This document shows positions 1-9,058 of a stretch of DNA of 64,000 nt, in pieces. The notes below the pieces were generated by a model, which saw only the letters and a list, made by a program, of their open reading frames with translations, was not told the DNA's origin and ran no database searches. The stretch is from positions 101,936 through 165,935 of the forward strand of contig JAWSVB010000022.1 in assembly GCA_033852135.1 (NCBI GenBank), in the 5' to 3' direction. The stretch's first letter is position 1. Every line of letters starts with the position of its first letter. This DNA comes from Gammaproteobacteria bacterium (lineage in GTDB: Bacteria; Pseudomonadota; Gammaproteobacteria; QZLD01). A program made the position numbers and the translations under genes.

Positions 1-2496
1 AAAATATTAGAGCCACAAAAAATTGGAGAGAATGGGTATTTTTTTATATTTAAAAGTGATGGGTATTTGTTGCTACACCCAGTGCTTGCAGGACAAAATG
101 GGAGTAAATTAATAAATCCTGTATCAGGTAACAGTATGTTAATTGATATGAAAAATGCAGCAATGTCTAATGAAAGACTATTGAAATATATATGGGATAG
201 GCCAGATGATAAGGGCAACTATCGTTATAAGAAAAAAGCTTTCCTAGCGTATTACCAGCCACTTGATTGGTATGTGGTGACCTCAGTTTACAATGATGAT
301 ATCGATTTATTAACATCAACTTTAGTTACAAGCGCTAAGGTAATTTTCTTTATTTCAATTTTAGTATCATTAATTCTTTCGCTACTTTTAATTAGAAGCA
401 TTACTAAACCCCTTAACGATTTAGTAGGAGCAATATCTGGTACTGACAATACAGGGGTTCCTACCGTTGAAATCCCAGAGGGAAACCTGGAAGAGATTAA
501 AGTTTTAAGTCGCACTATGAACTTAATGATATCAAGGATTAAAGAATATCAAATTAACTTTATAGATAGTGAATTAAAATTTAAGAGTTTGGTTGAATCT
601 GTAACAGATTTAATTTGGGAACTAGATAAAGATGGTAACTATGTATATATAAGCCCAAGAATTTATGATTTATTAGGCTATACACCTGAAGAAGTAATTG
701 GGAATAGCCCTATGATGTTTATGGATTCAGAAGAAACCCAAGCTATTTCTCCATTTTTAGAACAGATATTTGCAGATGGAAAAGGGTTTCAGAATTTAGA
801 AAGCAAATGTTTTCATAAGGATGGGACGCCGCGTACTATTGAAGTATCAGCTGCCCCATTTTTTAATGATAAAGGTGAATTACAGGGTTTAAGGGGGGTT
901 ACCCGCGATATAACAGAAAAAATAAAAGTTGCCAGAGAGCTACATGAAAGTGAGGAAAAGTTTAAGTTGCTTGCAGATCAAATGTTGCTCGGAATTCTAA
1001 TTGTTAAAGATGGGCTGTATAAATATTATAACGATGCGGTACTGGAGATATTTGGTACAACTAAACAACAAATGGACTCATTAGGCCCTTATGATCTTCA
1101 AACCTTAATTCACCCTGATGATAGGGCGTTTGTAATGGACCAGTTAAAGAAAAAGGAAAGAGGGCATAAAGACATAGTAATTAATTACGATTGGCGCCTT
1201 ATGTCTAGTAATGGCAAGACTAAATGGGTTGAGTCCTGGTCTAAAACTATAGATTTTGATGGAGAGACAGCTGATTTTGTACTTTTGTACGATATAACCG
1301 AGAGAAAAGACGCAGAGAATGAAGTTACACATTTAAGAAACTATCTCTCCAATGTGATTAACTCAATGCCATCGATATTAGTTGGAGTTGATGTTGAGGG
1401 TAAGATTACTCAGTGGAATAAAACAGCGGTAGACCGGACTAATTTGTGTGCTGAAAAAGTTATGGGTAAACATTTAAGCCAAGTATTGCCTAACTTAAAA
1501 CCAGTGTTTAAAAAGATAGAGCAGAGTATTAAAGCAAATAAATCAGTGCAGACAAAAATATCATATCAAACCAAAGAAAGTAACAGTGTGGTACAAGAGG
1601 TAACAGTATACCCGCTAGAAGCGGATGGAGTTGAAGGAGCCGTAATTCGTATTGACGATATTTCAGAAAAAGTACGTATGCAGGAGATGATGATACAAAG
1701 TGAAAAGATGCTCTCTATTGCCGGGCTTGCTGCAGGAATGGCTCATGAGATAAATAATCCTTTGGCAGGAATGATGCAAACTGCCAGTGTTATGTCTAAC
1801 CGCCTTATAAAAAAAGTAGATATGCCAGCAAATAATGATGCTGCAGAGCACGCAGGAACTACGGTTGATGCAATAAAGCAGTTTATGGATGAGCGTGATA
1901 TCCCTCGTATGATTAACGCAATAAACGAGTCGGGAAAAAGGGCTGCGATTATTGTTAATAATATGCTTAATTTTGCTCGCAAGGATGATGGTGGAGTAAT
2001 AGCTTCGCAAATAAATGAAATAATCCGTGTTTCGATTGAGCTGGCCGAAACAGATTACAACATGAAAAAACGTTATGATTTTAAGAAGGTATCTATAGAT
2101 ACTGAGTTCGGCCAAAATCTTCCTGATCTTTACTGTGACCAAGCTCAAATCCAGCAAGTGATTTTTAATCTTTTGCGTAATAGCGCTCAAGCAATGCAAG
2201 AAGCACAAATAGAATCACCACAAGTGCGCATTCGAACTAGCTTTAATAGTGACAACAACAAAGTGTTGATTGAACTATTTGATAATGGTCCAGGTATGGC
2301 AGAGGAGGTTCGTAAAAGAGTATTCGAACCTTTCTTTACCACTAAACCTACAGGTATCGGAACAGGGCTAGGTCTAAGCGTATCGTATTACATCATCGTC
2401 GAAGAGCATGGAGGGGAGATGTATTTAGACTCCGCACCAGGTGCTGGGACTAAATTCACAATAGCTTTACCGCTTGATAGAGGGGAAAGTTCATGA
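1..2496 (+). CDS. Sensor histidine kinase, 5'-truncated at window edge (Cache-like periplasmic end, TM, HAMP, 3x PAS, HisKA, HATPase)
   Basis: Frame 1 is open from nt 1 with no stop before the listed ORF at 67 ('KILEPQKIGENGYFFIFKSDGYLLLHP' is Cache-like), so the gene starts upstream of the window. TM segment 'VIFFISILVSLILSLLLI'; H-box 'SEKMLSIAGLAAGMAHEINNPLAGM'; G1/G2 ATPase motifs 'DNGPGM...GIGTGLGLS'. Confidence 0.85.
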   Translation, partial: KILEPQKIGENGYFFIFKSDGYLLLHPVLAGQNGSKLINPVSGNSMLIDMKNAAMSNERLLKYIWDRPDDKGNYRYKKKAFLAYYQPLDWYVVTSVYNDDIDLLTSTLVTSAKVIFFISILVSLILSLLLIRSITKPLNDLVGAISGTDNTGVPTVEIPEGNLEEIKVLSRTMNLMISRIKEYQINFIDSELKFKSLVESVTDLIWELDKDGNYVYISPRIYDLLGYTPEEVIGNSPMMFMDSEETQAISPFLEQIFADGKGFQNLESKCFHKDGTPRTIEVSAAPFFNDKGELQGLRGVTRDITEKIKVARELHESEEKFKLLADQMLLGILIVKDGLYKYYNDAVLEIFGTTKQQMDSLGPYDLQTLIHPDDRAFVMDQLKKKERGHKDIVINYDWRLMSSNGKTKWVESWSKTIDFDGETADFVLLYDITERKDAENEVTHLRNYLSNVINSMPSILVGVDVEGKITQWNKTAVDRTNLCAEKVMGKHLSQVLPNLKPVFKKIEQSIKANKSVQTKISYQTKESNSVVQEVTVYPLEADGVEGAVIRIDDISEKVRMQEMMIQSEKMLSIAGLAAGMAHEINNPLAGMMQTASVMSNRLIKKVDMPANNDAAEHAGTTVDAIKQFMDERDIPRMINAINESGKRAAIIVNNMLNFARKDDGGVIASQINEIIRVSIELAETDYNMKKRYDFKKVSIDTEFGQNLPDLYCDQAQIQQVIFNLLRNSAQAMQEAQIESPQVRIRTSFNSDNNKVLIELFDNGPGMAEEVRKRVFEPFFTTKPTGIGTGLGLSVSYYIIVEEHGGEMYLDSAPGAGTKFTIALPLDRGESS

Positions 2497-2511
2497 TGGG
2501 GCAGGCGCAGT

Positions 2512-2883
2512 ATGAATAATTCAATTTTAATTGTTGATGATGAACTTTTTATTCGGCAAAGTCTGAATGATTTTTTTAAAGATAGTCAATGGATTACATT
2601 CATAGCAAGCAGTGGAGAGGAAGCTTTAGAAATTCTTGAGCAGGAGAGCCCTTCTGCAGCAATTGTAGATATAAGAATGATGGGAATGAATGGTGATGAA
2701 TTTATTCGGCAAGCAAGAGATGTAAAACCGGAAATGTGTTTTGTGATATGTACAGGGTCACCTGAATATAAACCATCGTATGACCTTCTTCAGCTATCAC
2801 AAGTGTCAGAACAAATATATAGAAAACCGATTGATGATATGGAAAATCTGGAAAACCATATATCAAGTTTAATTAGTAATTAA
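2512..2883 (+). CDS. Single-domain response regulator (CheY-like receiver only)
   Basis: 'ILIVDDE' acidic pair, phospho-acceptor Asp in 'AIVDIRMMGMNG', 'CTGS' and 'YRKP' Lys. No output domain. Starts 16 nt after the HK1 stop. Confidence 0.85.
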   Translation: MNNSILIVDDELFIRQSLNDFFKDSQWITFIASSGEEALEILEQESPSAAIVDIRMMGMNGDEFIRQARDVKPEMCFVICTGSPEYKPSYDLLQLSQVSEQIYRKPIDDMENLENHISSLISN

Positions 2884-2910
2884 CATGAACAGTTATTAAG
2901 CCTTTTTATA

Positions 2911-2980
2911 GGTTAGATAGGTTAGATAGGTTAGATAGGTTGGATGGGTTAGATAGGTTGGATGGGTTAGATAGGTTAGA
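2911..2980. repeat. Tandem 9-bp repeat, about 7.8 copies (GGTTAGATA / GGTTGGATG variants)
   Basis: Direct reading gives GGTTAGATA x3, GGTTGGATG, GGTTAGATA, GGTTGGATG, GGTTAGATA, then a partial GGTTAGA. Lies between the receiver stop (2883) and the HK2 start (3003). Confidence 0.95.
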
Positions 2981-3002
2981 AGTTAAGTAGGTAAATTAAA
3001 AC

Positions 3003-5375
3003 ATGATTTTAAGGCGTAAAGTAAATATAAGGAACTCAGTAGCAACCAGGTTGTTAAAGGTTGTGTTCTGTTTTTATATTGCATTTGCTCTTTTAGTCAC
3101 TCTTTCCCACATGTTTATTGAATATAGCTATCAGAAAGGAGATGTAAATAAATCGTTAGTTGAATTCCAGCCAACTATCGAATCAACTCTTGCAATGAAT
3201 TTATGGCATATGGATGACCAATCACTTAAATCAACAATAGATAGCATCATTAAAATCCCTTTAATAGTTGGTATTAAGATAAAAGATGAATCAAAAAATA
3301 TAATTGCAGTTGATGGAGTAGTTTCTGAAGCTGATTTTTCTGGAAAGATTGAACAAGATATTGATTTTCTAGGGTTAAAGAGCAATATAAATGACTTACA
3401 AACTAATTCATATAATCTTGAAGTTTTCCAACATACATTTCCAATTTACTATAGATATAAAGGGCAACAAAGACTATTAGGTGAAGTAACACTCTTTTCT
3501 AACTCATCGGTTATTTTTGATAGAGTAAAAGTTCAGTTCTTACTTTTGGTAATAAATTCAGTACTTAAATCGTTAGCTCTGTGGGTGTTTTTCCTACTTA
3601 TATCAAACTATATATTGCGTCGCCCATTAGAATCAATTGCGGAGGCGGCTGAAAATATCAGTGTGGAAAACCTTAGTGATTTTAAAATTAAAATAAAGTC
3701 TGCAGGAAACGATGAATTAAGCGTTATAGAAAATTCATTTAATGAAATGATAAAAAAACTCTCAGATTCTATAAATAAACAGAAGGGGGCAGAACAAAAT
3801 TTAAGAGAAAATGAGATTAAATTTAGAACGCTTGTAGAGAATGTTCCCGGAGTAACTTATCGTTGTATTAATGATGAACCTTGGACAATGATATACCTAA
3901 GTGATGAGATAGAAAACTTATCAGGCTACCAACGTTCAGATTTTATAAATAATAATAAACGTACATTTGCATCAATAATTCATATTGAGGACACCACCTT
4001 CATTTCAAAAGCAGCAGAAAAAGCTATTAAGAATAGAACAACTTATTCATTTGAATATCGCATAGTTCGTGCAAATGGTGAAATTCGCTGGGTATATGAA
4101 AAGGGACAGCCAATATTTGATGAGAACGGTGAATTACAGTTTTTTGATGGTGTTATTATCGATATTACCGAAAGAAAACAAGCTGAAAGTGAGATAAGAA
4201 AACTACGAAAGTACCTTACAAACATTATTGACTCAATGCCTTCATCCTTAGTTGGTGTAGATGAAAGTCTAAAAATAACACAATGGAATAAAACCATTGA
4301 AGATACGACAGGGATTGCCGCAGTAGATGCATATGGAAAATCAATAGAAGATATTTTACCGCAAATGCAATCTGAGTTAGGGAAAATATCATGTAGCCTG
4401 CATACCCGAACAGTACAACGTAATCAGATAAAAAGAGGGGTAGATGAGACCGGCATATGTTATGAAGACGTCACCATTTATCCCTTAATTGCAAACGGGG
4501 TTAAGGGTGCAGTTATTCGCATAGATGACATTACCGAAAAAGTAAGGATGGAAGAGATACTGATTCAGAGTGAAAAAATGCTTTCAGTTGGAGGTTTAGC
4601 CGCAGGGATGGCTCATGAGATAAACAATCCATTAGCAGGCATGGTGCAAACAGTAAATGTGATGTCAAACAGGTTGATTGAAAAATCAGATATGCCAGCC
4701 AATATAGAAGCAGCTAAAGAAGCTGGAACAACCATAGAAGCAATCAATAAATTTATGCATATTCGTGATATTCCGCGGATGATTGCTACTATAAATGAAT
4801 CTGGCAAAAGAGCATCAGCCATAGTTAACAATATGCTCAGTTTTGCTCGCAAAGGGAGCAGTGAAAAAGCAACAGTGAACTACATAGAGTTAGTTGATAA
4901 TACGATTGATTTGGCAGTGACAGATTACAACCTTAAGAGTAACTATGACTTTAAACAAGTTGACGTTATTAGAGAATATAAAGATAAAACTGTATTTATT
5001 GAATGTGAACCATCACAGATTCAGCAAGTTATATTAAATCTAATTCGAAATGCTGCTCAAGCAATGCAGGATGCCAAAATACCATCTCCAAAATTGACCG
5101 TTCGTATCAGCCACGATAAAGACACAGCAATGGTTAAAACTGAGATAGAAGATAATGGACCAGGTATAGATAAAGAGACATTAAAACGGATCTTTGAACC
5201 TTTTTATACGACAAAACCAGTAGGTGTGGGAACAGGACTAGGGTTGAGCGTTTCATATTTCATCATAGCTGATAATCATAATGGAGAGATGCATGTTGAG
5301 TCTGTATCAGGCCAAGGTACGAGATTTACAATAAGTTTGCCTGTTAACAGCATAAAACAACAAATAGGTGTATAA
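3003..5375 (+). CDS. Sensor histidine kinase (2 TM periplasmic sensor, HAMP, PAS x2, HisKA, HATPase); paralog of HK1
   Basis: TM 'VVFCFYIAFALLVTLSHMFI' and 'LALWVFFLLISNYIL'. HAMP-like 'RRPLESIAEAAENIS'. H-box 'SEKMLSVGGLAAGMAHEINNPLAGMVQT'. 'DNGPGI...GVGTGLGLS'. Confidence 0.88.
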   Translation: MILRRKVNIRNSVATRLLKVVFCFYIAFALLVTLSHMFIEYSYQKGDVNKSLVEFQPTIESTLAMNLWHMDDQSLKSTIDSIIKIPLIVGIKIKDESKNIIAVDGVVSEADFSGKIEQDIDFLGLKSNINDLQTNSYNLEVFQHTFPIYYRYKGQQRLLGEVTLFSNSSVIFDRVKVQFLLLVINSVLKSLALWVFFLLISNYILRRPLESIAEAAENISVENLSDFKIKIKSAGNDELSVIENSFNEMIKKLSDSINKQKGAEQNLRENEIKFRTLVENVPGVTYRCINDEPWTMIYLSDEIENLSGYQRSDFINNNKRTFASIIHIEDTTFISKAAEKAIKNRTTYSFEYRIVRANGEIRWVYEKGQPIFDENGELQFFDGVIIDITERKQAESEIRKLRKYLTNIIDSMPSSLVGVDESLKITQWNKTIEDTTGIAAVDAYGKSIEDILPQMQSELGKISCSLHTRTVQRNQIKRGVDETGICYEDVTIYPLIANGVKGAVIRIDDITEKVRMEEILIQSEKMLSVGGLAAGMAHEINNPLAGMVQTVNVMSNRLIEKSDMPANIEAAKEAGTTIEAINKFMHIRDIPRMIATINESGKRASAIVNNMLSFARKGSSEKATVNYIELVDNTIDLAVTDYNLKSNYDFKQVDVIREYKDKTVFIECEPSQIQQVILNLIRNAAQAMQDAKIPSPKLTVRISHDKDTAMVKTEIEDNGPGIDKETLKRIFEPFYTTKPVGVGTGLGLSVSYFIIADNHNGEMHVESVSGQGTRFTISLPVNSIKQQIGV

Positions 5376-5408
5376 CATAAATAATGAGCATATATCTTTA
5401 AATATTCT

Positions 5409-5426
5409 ACAGTTATAACTGTAGGC
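5409..5426. promoter_or_regulatory. Perfect 18-bp palindrome CTACAGTTATAACTGTAG (candidate operator, or weak terminator without a T-run)
   Basis: Seen directly, 34 nt after the HK2 stop and about 135 nt upstream of the MEDS-like gene. Confidence 0.5.
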
Positions 5427-5563
5427 CTATTTGAGTTTTTAGTGTTGATGAATGGACAGGCACTAATGAAAGATTAACCGTTTAACTGTTGGTTAGTCGC
5501 TAGAGATACTGTGTATTTAATAGCAGCTGGTATGTGAACAGTTGCTATGTGGGAGGAGAGATT

Positions 5564-6184
5564 ATGAATGATAATCATCAAAAAATCTCACTGGGTTTTG
5601 TGAAAGAAAAAGTAGATGTAGGAACTCATCTATGTCTTGTATTTACCGATAAAAAGGAAAGAGTTGATTCTTTGTTAAAATTTATTTTAGCAGGGATGGC
5701 AGATAATGAGCGCACAGCATGTTTTTCTGAAGTTATAACTGAAGCAGAGATAACAGAGTTTTTTAAACTAAATAATATCTCCTACGATGAACGTAAATCC
5801 AAGCAAGCAATAACCTTTGGTCGTACTAGTGATGTCTATTTTCAAGACAATACTTTTGACCCAGAAAGAATGCTTGGAATCTTAGAACAATTCTATACAG
5901 ATGCGATAGAAATGGGGTTTAGCGCCTCAAGAGTAATTGGAGAGATGTCTCCGAAGATACAAGATGTCACTGGCGGTGAGAGATTGCTGGAATACGAATC
6001 AAGAGTTACTAAATTACTTGAAAAGAGCCCGATAACAGCTGTTTGCCAATATGATGCAAATCAATTTGATGGAGCGACGATTATGGATGTATTGAAAGTG
6101 CACCCAAAGATGATTGTTAATGGCGTAGTTGTTGAAAATCCATTTTTTATAAAACCCGATGAATTTCTTGAAAATATCAAGTAA
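5564..6184 (+). CDS. Small cytoplasmic sensory-domain protein, possibly MEDS family (DcmR-like)
   Basis: ATG at 5564 follows a strong RBS GGGAGGAGAG (the listed ORF starts at 5534 with no RBS). About 206 aa, no TM. The motifs 'HLCLVF' and 'AVCQYD' recall MEDS domains as I remember them. The protein sits directly upstream of the soluble kinase HK3. The family assignment is from memory and not verified. Confidence 0.4.
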   Translation: MNDNHQKISLGFVKEKVDVGTHLCLVFTDKKERVDSLLKFILAGMADNERTACFSEVITEAEITEFFKLNNISYDERKSKQAITFGRTSDVYFQDNTFDPERMLGILEQFYTDAIEMGFSASRVIGEMSPKIQDVTGGERLLEYESRVTKLLEKSPITAVCQYDANQFDGATIMDVLKVHPKMIVNGVVVENPFFIKPDEFLENIK

Positions 6185-6200
6185 AAGGCATAGTTAGCAT

Positions 6201-7898
6201 ATGAGCTTTGAGGATGGTCTTTCAGCTAAAGTAATTGGGCAGATTGCAATGATGCAAGGTGTTGTAGCACAGCTGCCAGATGAGGTTTCTGTACTTGGTT
6301 TTGTTGCTAAAGGGTTATCCGATATTCCAGGTGTGAAAAAGGTAGATTATGTCTTATTCAATGATGAAGAAACATCAGTATTAGAATATGAAACAGAAGA
6401 ACTAAGGCACATATTTCCAATTGAATATAAGCAATCAAAATACTCATCATTAATATTTCACCTATCTGATAGATCTAAATTTGACCTGTATGCCCCTTAT
6501 ATCGGTAATTTTACCAATGTACTAGCAGTACTGTTTGAGGAGAGGCGTCAGCGCAAATCTAATGAGGCATTGTTAGAAAATCTTGAAGAGTTGGTGGATG
6601 AAAGAACAAAAGAGTTAAAACAAGAGATTGCTGAACGTAAAAATGCAGAGGCTGAGTTAGAGAGAACAAAAGACTACATATCAAATGTAATCGACTCTAT
6701 GCCATCTGCTCTAATATCAGTAAATGAAAACCTTGAAGTAACGCAATGGAATTTAAAAGCGGAGGAGATTACAGGGGTGCCAGCCCCAGATGCTTTTGGG
6801 ATGAAGCTGGATGATGTTTTTCCGCGCATGGGAAAAGAGCTGGAATTAATATCAAACAGTATACAAAACAAAGAGATAAAATTTGAGCAGAAAACAGCAT
6901 ACGAAGCAGAATCAGGTGTAGGTTATGAAGATATAACAATTTACCCTTTAGTAGCGATTGGGATTCAAGGTGCTGTTTTACGTATAGATGATGTCACCAG
7001 TAAAGTGCGTATGGAAGAGATGCTGGTACAAAGTGAGAAGATGCTCTCAATCGGAGGGCTTGCCGCAGGAATGGCGCATGAAATTAACAATCCATTAGCT
7101 GGGATGATGCAAACAGCAAATGTAATGCAAAATCGTTTAGTCGATAATGTTGATATTCCAGCAAATAGAAGAGCGGCAGAGGAGATTGGTGTGGATCTTG
7201 AAGCGATTGTTGGCTTTATGTCGGCTAGAGGAATTCCGCGCATGATACACGCGATAAAAGAGTCTGGTGTAAGGGTAGCTTCAATAGTCAATAATATGCT
7301 GCATTTTGCACAACAATCAGATGATGAAATTAATACAAGTAAAATTGCAGATATAATCGAGAACACTATTGGTTTAGTTTCTACAGATTACAATCTAAAG
7401 AAACAGTACGATTTTAAAAAAATTAATATTATTCGGGAGTTTCAAGAAGATCTACCTGAAATTGAGTGCCACTCATCCAAAATTCAACAGGCCATGTTGA
7501 ATCTATTTAGCAATAGTGCACATGCACTGCAACAAGCTAAAATTGAAAATCCAAAAATAATAATAAGATTAGCGATAGATGAGAAGCAAGATGATAAAGA
7601 TGCAATGGTACGGGTTGAGATTGAAGATAATGGCCCAGGTATTTCCAGTAAGTTAATAGGTAGATTATTCGAACCATTTTATACAACAAAACCTACAGGT
7701 GAGGGAAAAGGGTTAGGTTTAAGTGTTGCATATTTCATAATTACTGAAACTCATAAAGGAAAGATGTGGGTAGAGTCTAATGAGGGGGTAGGCACTAAAT
7801 TCATAATATGTTTGCCAGTAAAGCAAAATGGTAGCGATATAAGTATCGATAGAAATGTAGATAAAAATTCTATAAATTCAATGGATAACAAAGGTTAA
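6201..7898 (+). CDS. Soluble (no TM) histidine kinase: N-terminal domain, coiled coil, PAS, HisKA, HATPase; paralog of HK1/2/4
   Basis: Coiled coil 'LEELVDERTKELKQEIAERKNAEAELERTKDY'. H-box 'SEKMLSIGGLAAGMAHEINNPLAGMMQT'. 'DNGPGIS...GEGKGLGLS'. Confidence 0.88.
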   Translation: MSFEDGLSAKVIGQIAMMQGVVAQLPDEVSVLGFVAKGLSDIPGVKKVDYVLFNDEETSVLEYETEELRHIFPIEYKQSKYSSLIFHLSDRSKFDLYAPYIGNFTNVLAVLFEERRQRKSNEALLENLEELVDERTKELKQEIAERKNAEAELERTKDYISNVIDSMPSALISVNENLEVTQWNLKAEEITGVPAPDAFGMKLDDVFPRMGKELELISNSIQNKEIKFEQKTAYEAESGVGYEDITIYPLVAIGIQGAVLRIDDVTSKVRMEEMLVQSEKMLSIGGLAAGMAHEINNPLAGMMQTANVMQNRLVDNVDIPANRRAAEEIGVDLEAIVGFMSARGIPRMIHAIKESGVRVASIVNNMLHFAQQSDDEINTSKIADIIENTIGLVSTDYNLKKQYDFKKINIIREFQEDLPEIECHSSKIQQAMLNLFSNSAHALQQAKIENPKIIIRLAIDEKQDDKDAMVRVEIEDNGPGISSKLIGRLFEPFYTTKPTGEGKGLGLSVAYFIITETHKGKMWVESNEGVGTKFIICLPVKQNGSDISIDRNVDKNSINSMDNKG

Positions 7899-7903
7899 GT
7901 TAT

Positions 7904-9058
7904 ATGATTAAACTATTTAAAATAATAGCTGTTTTATCATTGTTAGCATTAATCGTAATACTGAATATGCAATCTGCATCTACTGTAAAGATTGGATTAG
8001 TTGCAGATTTAAGTAGTAGAAAAGCCAACCTTGGTGATTCTGTAAGAAATGGGCTGATTCTCGCGATAAATGAGATAAATCAACAAGGCGGTATAAATGG
8101 TCACAAGGTTGAATTATTAGTTCGAGATGGTAAATCTAACGAAGCTATTACCCAGCAACAAGCAACTAATTTAGTTGATAACTGTGTAAATCTAATAGTT
8201 GGACCTGTGCACAGTGCAATGGCAAATTCAGTAATAGAAGCGACTAAAGAAGCAGGTATATTGGTTATAAGTCCAACAGTTTCAACTGATAACCTCTCCG
8301 AAATTGATGATAACTTTTTCCGCATAAATACCAAATCATCCATTCAAGGTAATGACCTTGCAAGAGCATCAAAACTTAGGGGCGATAAGAAAGTATTATT
8401 GGTAGTGGACCAAGATAATAGTGAGTATACCGGGTCAGTAGCTCATGGTTTTAGAGAGAGAGCAAAACTACTGGATTTAGAAGTCATCGGTGAAATAGCT
8501 TTTACTAAGGAGCACGATACTACTAAATTGGTAGATAAAATCATCCAATACAAGGCTGATGCATTAGTCTTTATAACTAATGGCAAAGATGCAGCAAAAA
8601 TTATCCAGCTATATAACAAAGTTAGCAAACTACCAAACTTATATGGTGATATGTGGGCGAAGTGGAGCAATGTTAAAGAGTTTGGAGGTAAAGCTGTAAA
8701 TGGGATGGTTTTAGTTGGCATTAATAAGAATAAACAGAGCCAAGATAAAGAGGTGCAATTTGCCTCATCCTATAAACAGCTTTTTGGTTCAGAGTATACG
8801 ATACCAGCGGTTTATGCGTATGAGGCTGTACAATTATATGCTTTAGGTGCACAAAATGCCTCTAGCTTGGATAGCGATAAAATTAAACAATATATTTTGA
8901 AAATAGAGCAAATAGATGGAGTGGTGGATAACTATAAACTTGATATGTATGGTGATGCAATTCGAGAGTTTTCATATTTCCAAATTAAAGATAATAGATA
9001 TGAAAAGATAAATTTACCCAAAGAGTTACCTATAAAAATAGATAGTGTTAAAGAGTAG
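7904..9058 (+). CDS. Periplasmic binding protein, LivK/Leu-Ile-Val-binding family (Peripla_BP_6-like), signal peptide
   Basis: Signal peptide 'MIKLFKIIAVLSLLALIVILN'. 'VKIGLVADLSSRK...GINGHKVELLVRDGKSN' is typical of type I PBPs. No ABC permease or ATPase genes nearby. Confidence 0.75.
   Translation: MIKLFKIIAVLSLLALIVILNMQSASTVKIGLVADLSSRKANLGDSVRNGLILAINEINQQGGINGHKVELLVRDGKSNEAITQQQATNLVDNCVNLIVGPVHSAMANSVIEATKEAGILVISPTVSTDNLSEIDDNFFRINTKSSIQGNDLARASKLRGDKKVLLVVDQDNSEYTGSVAHGFRERAKLLDLEVIGEIAFTKEHDTTKLVDKIIQYKADALVFITNGKDAAKIIQLYNKVSKLPNLYGDMWAKWSNVKEFGGKAVNGMVLVGINKNKQSQDKEVQFASSYKQLFGSEYTIPAVYAYEAVQLYALGAQNASSLDSDKIKQYILKIEQIDGVVDNYKLDMYGDAIREFSYFQIKDNRYEKINLPKELPIKIDSVKE

Noticed and set aside
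288-2208. Multiple antisense ORFs inside the kinase genes (for example 1663-2208 minus, 4613-4852 minus, 6965-7366 minus, 11896-12135 minus).
   Set aside because: They lie antisense to strongly supported kinase coding regions at the conserved H-box segment. Their similarity to each other merely mirrors the paralogy of the sense strand.
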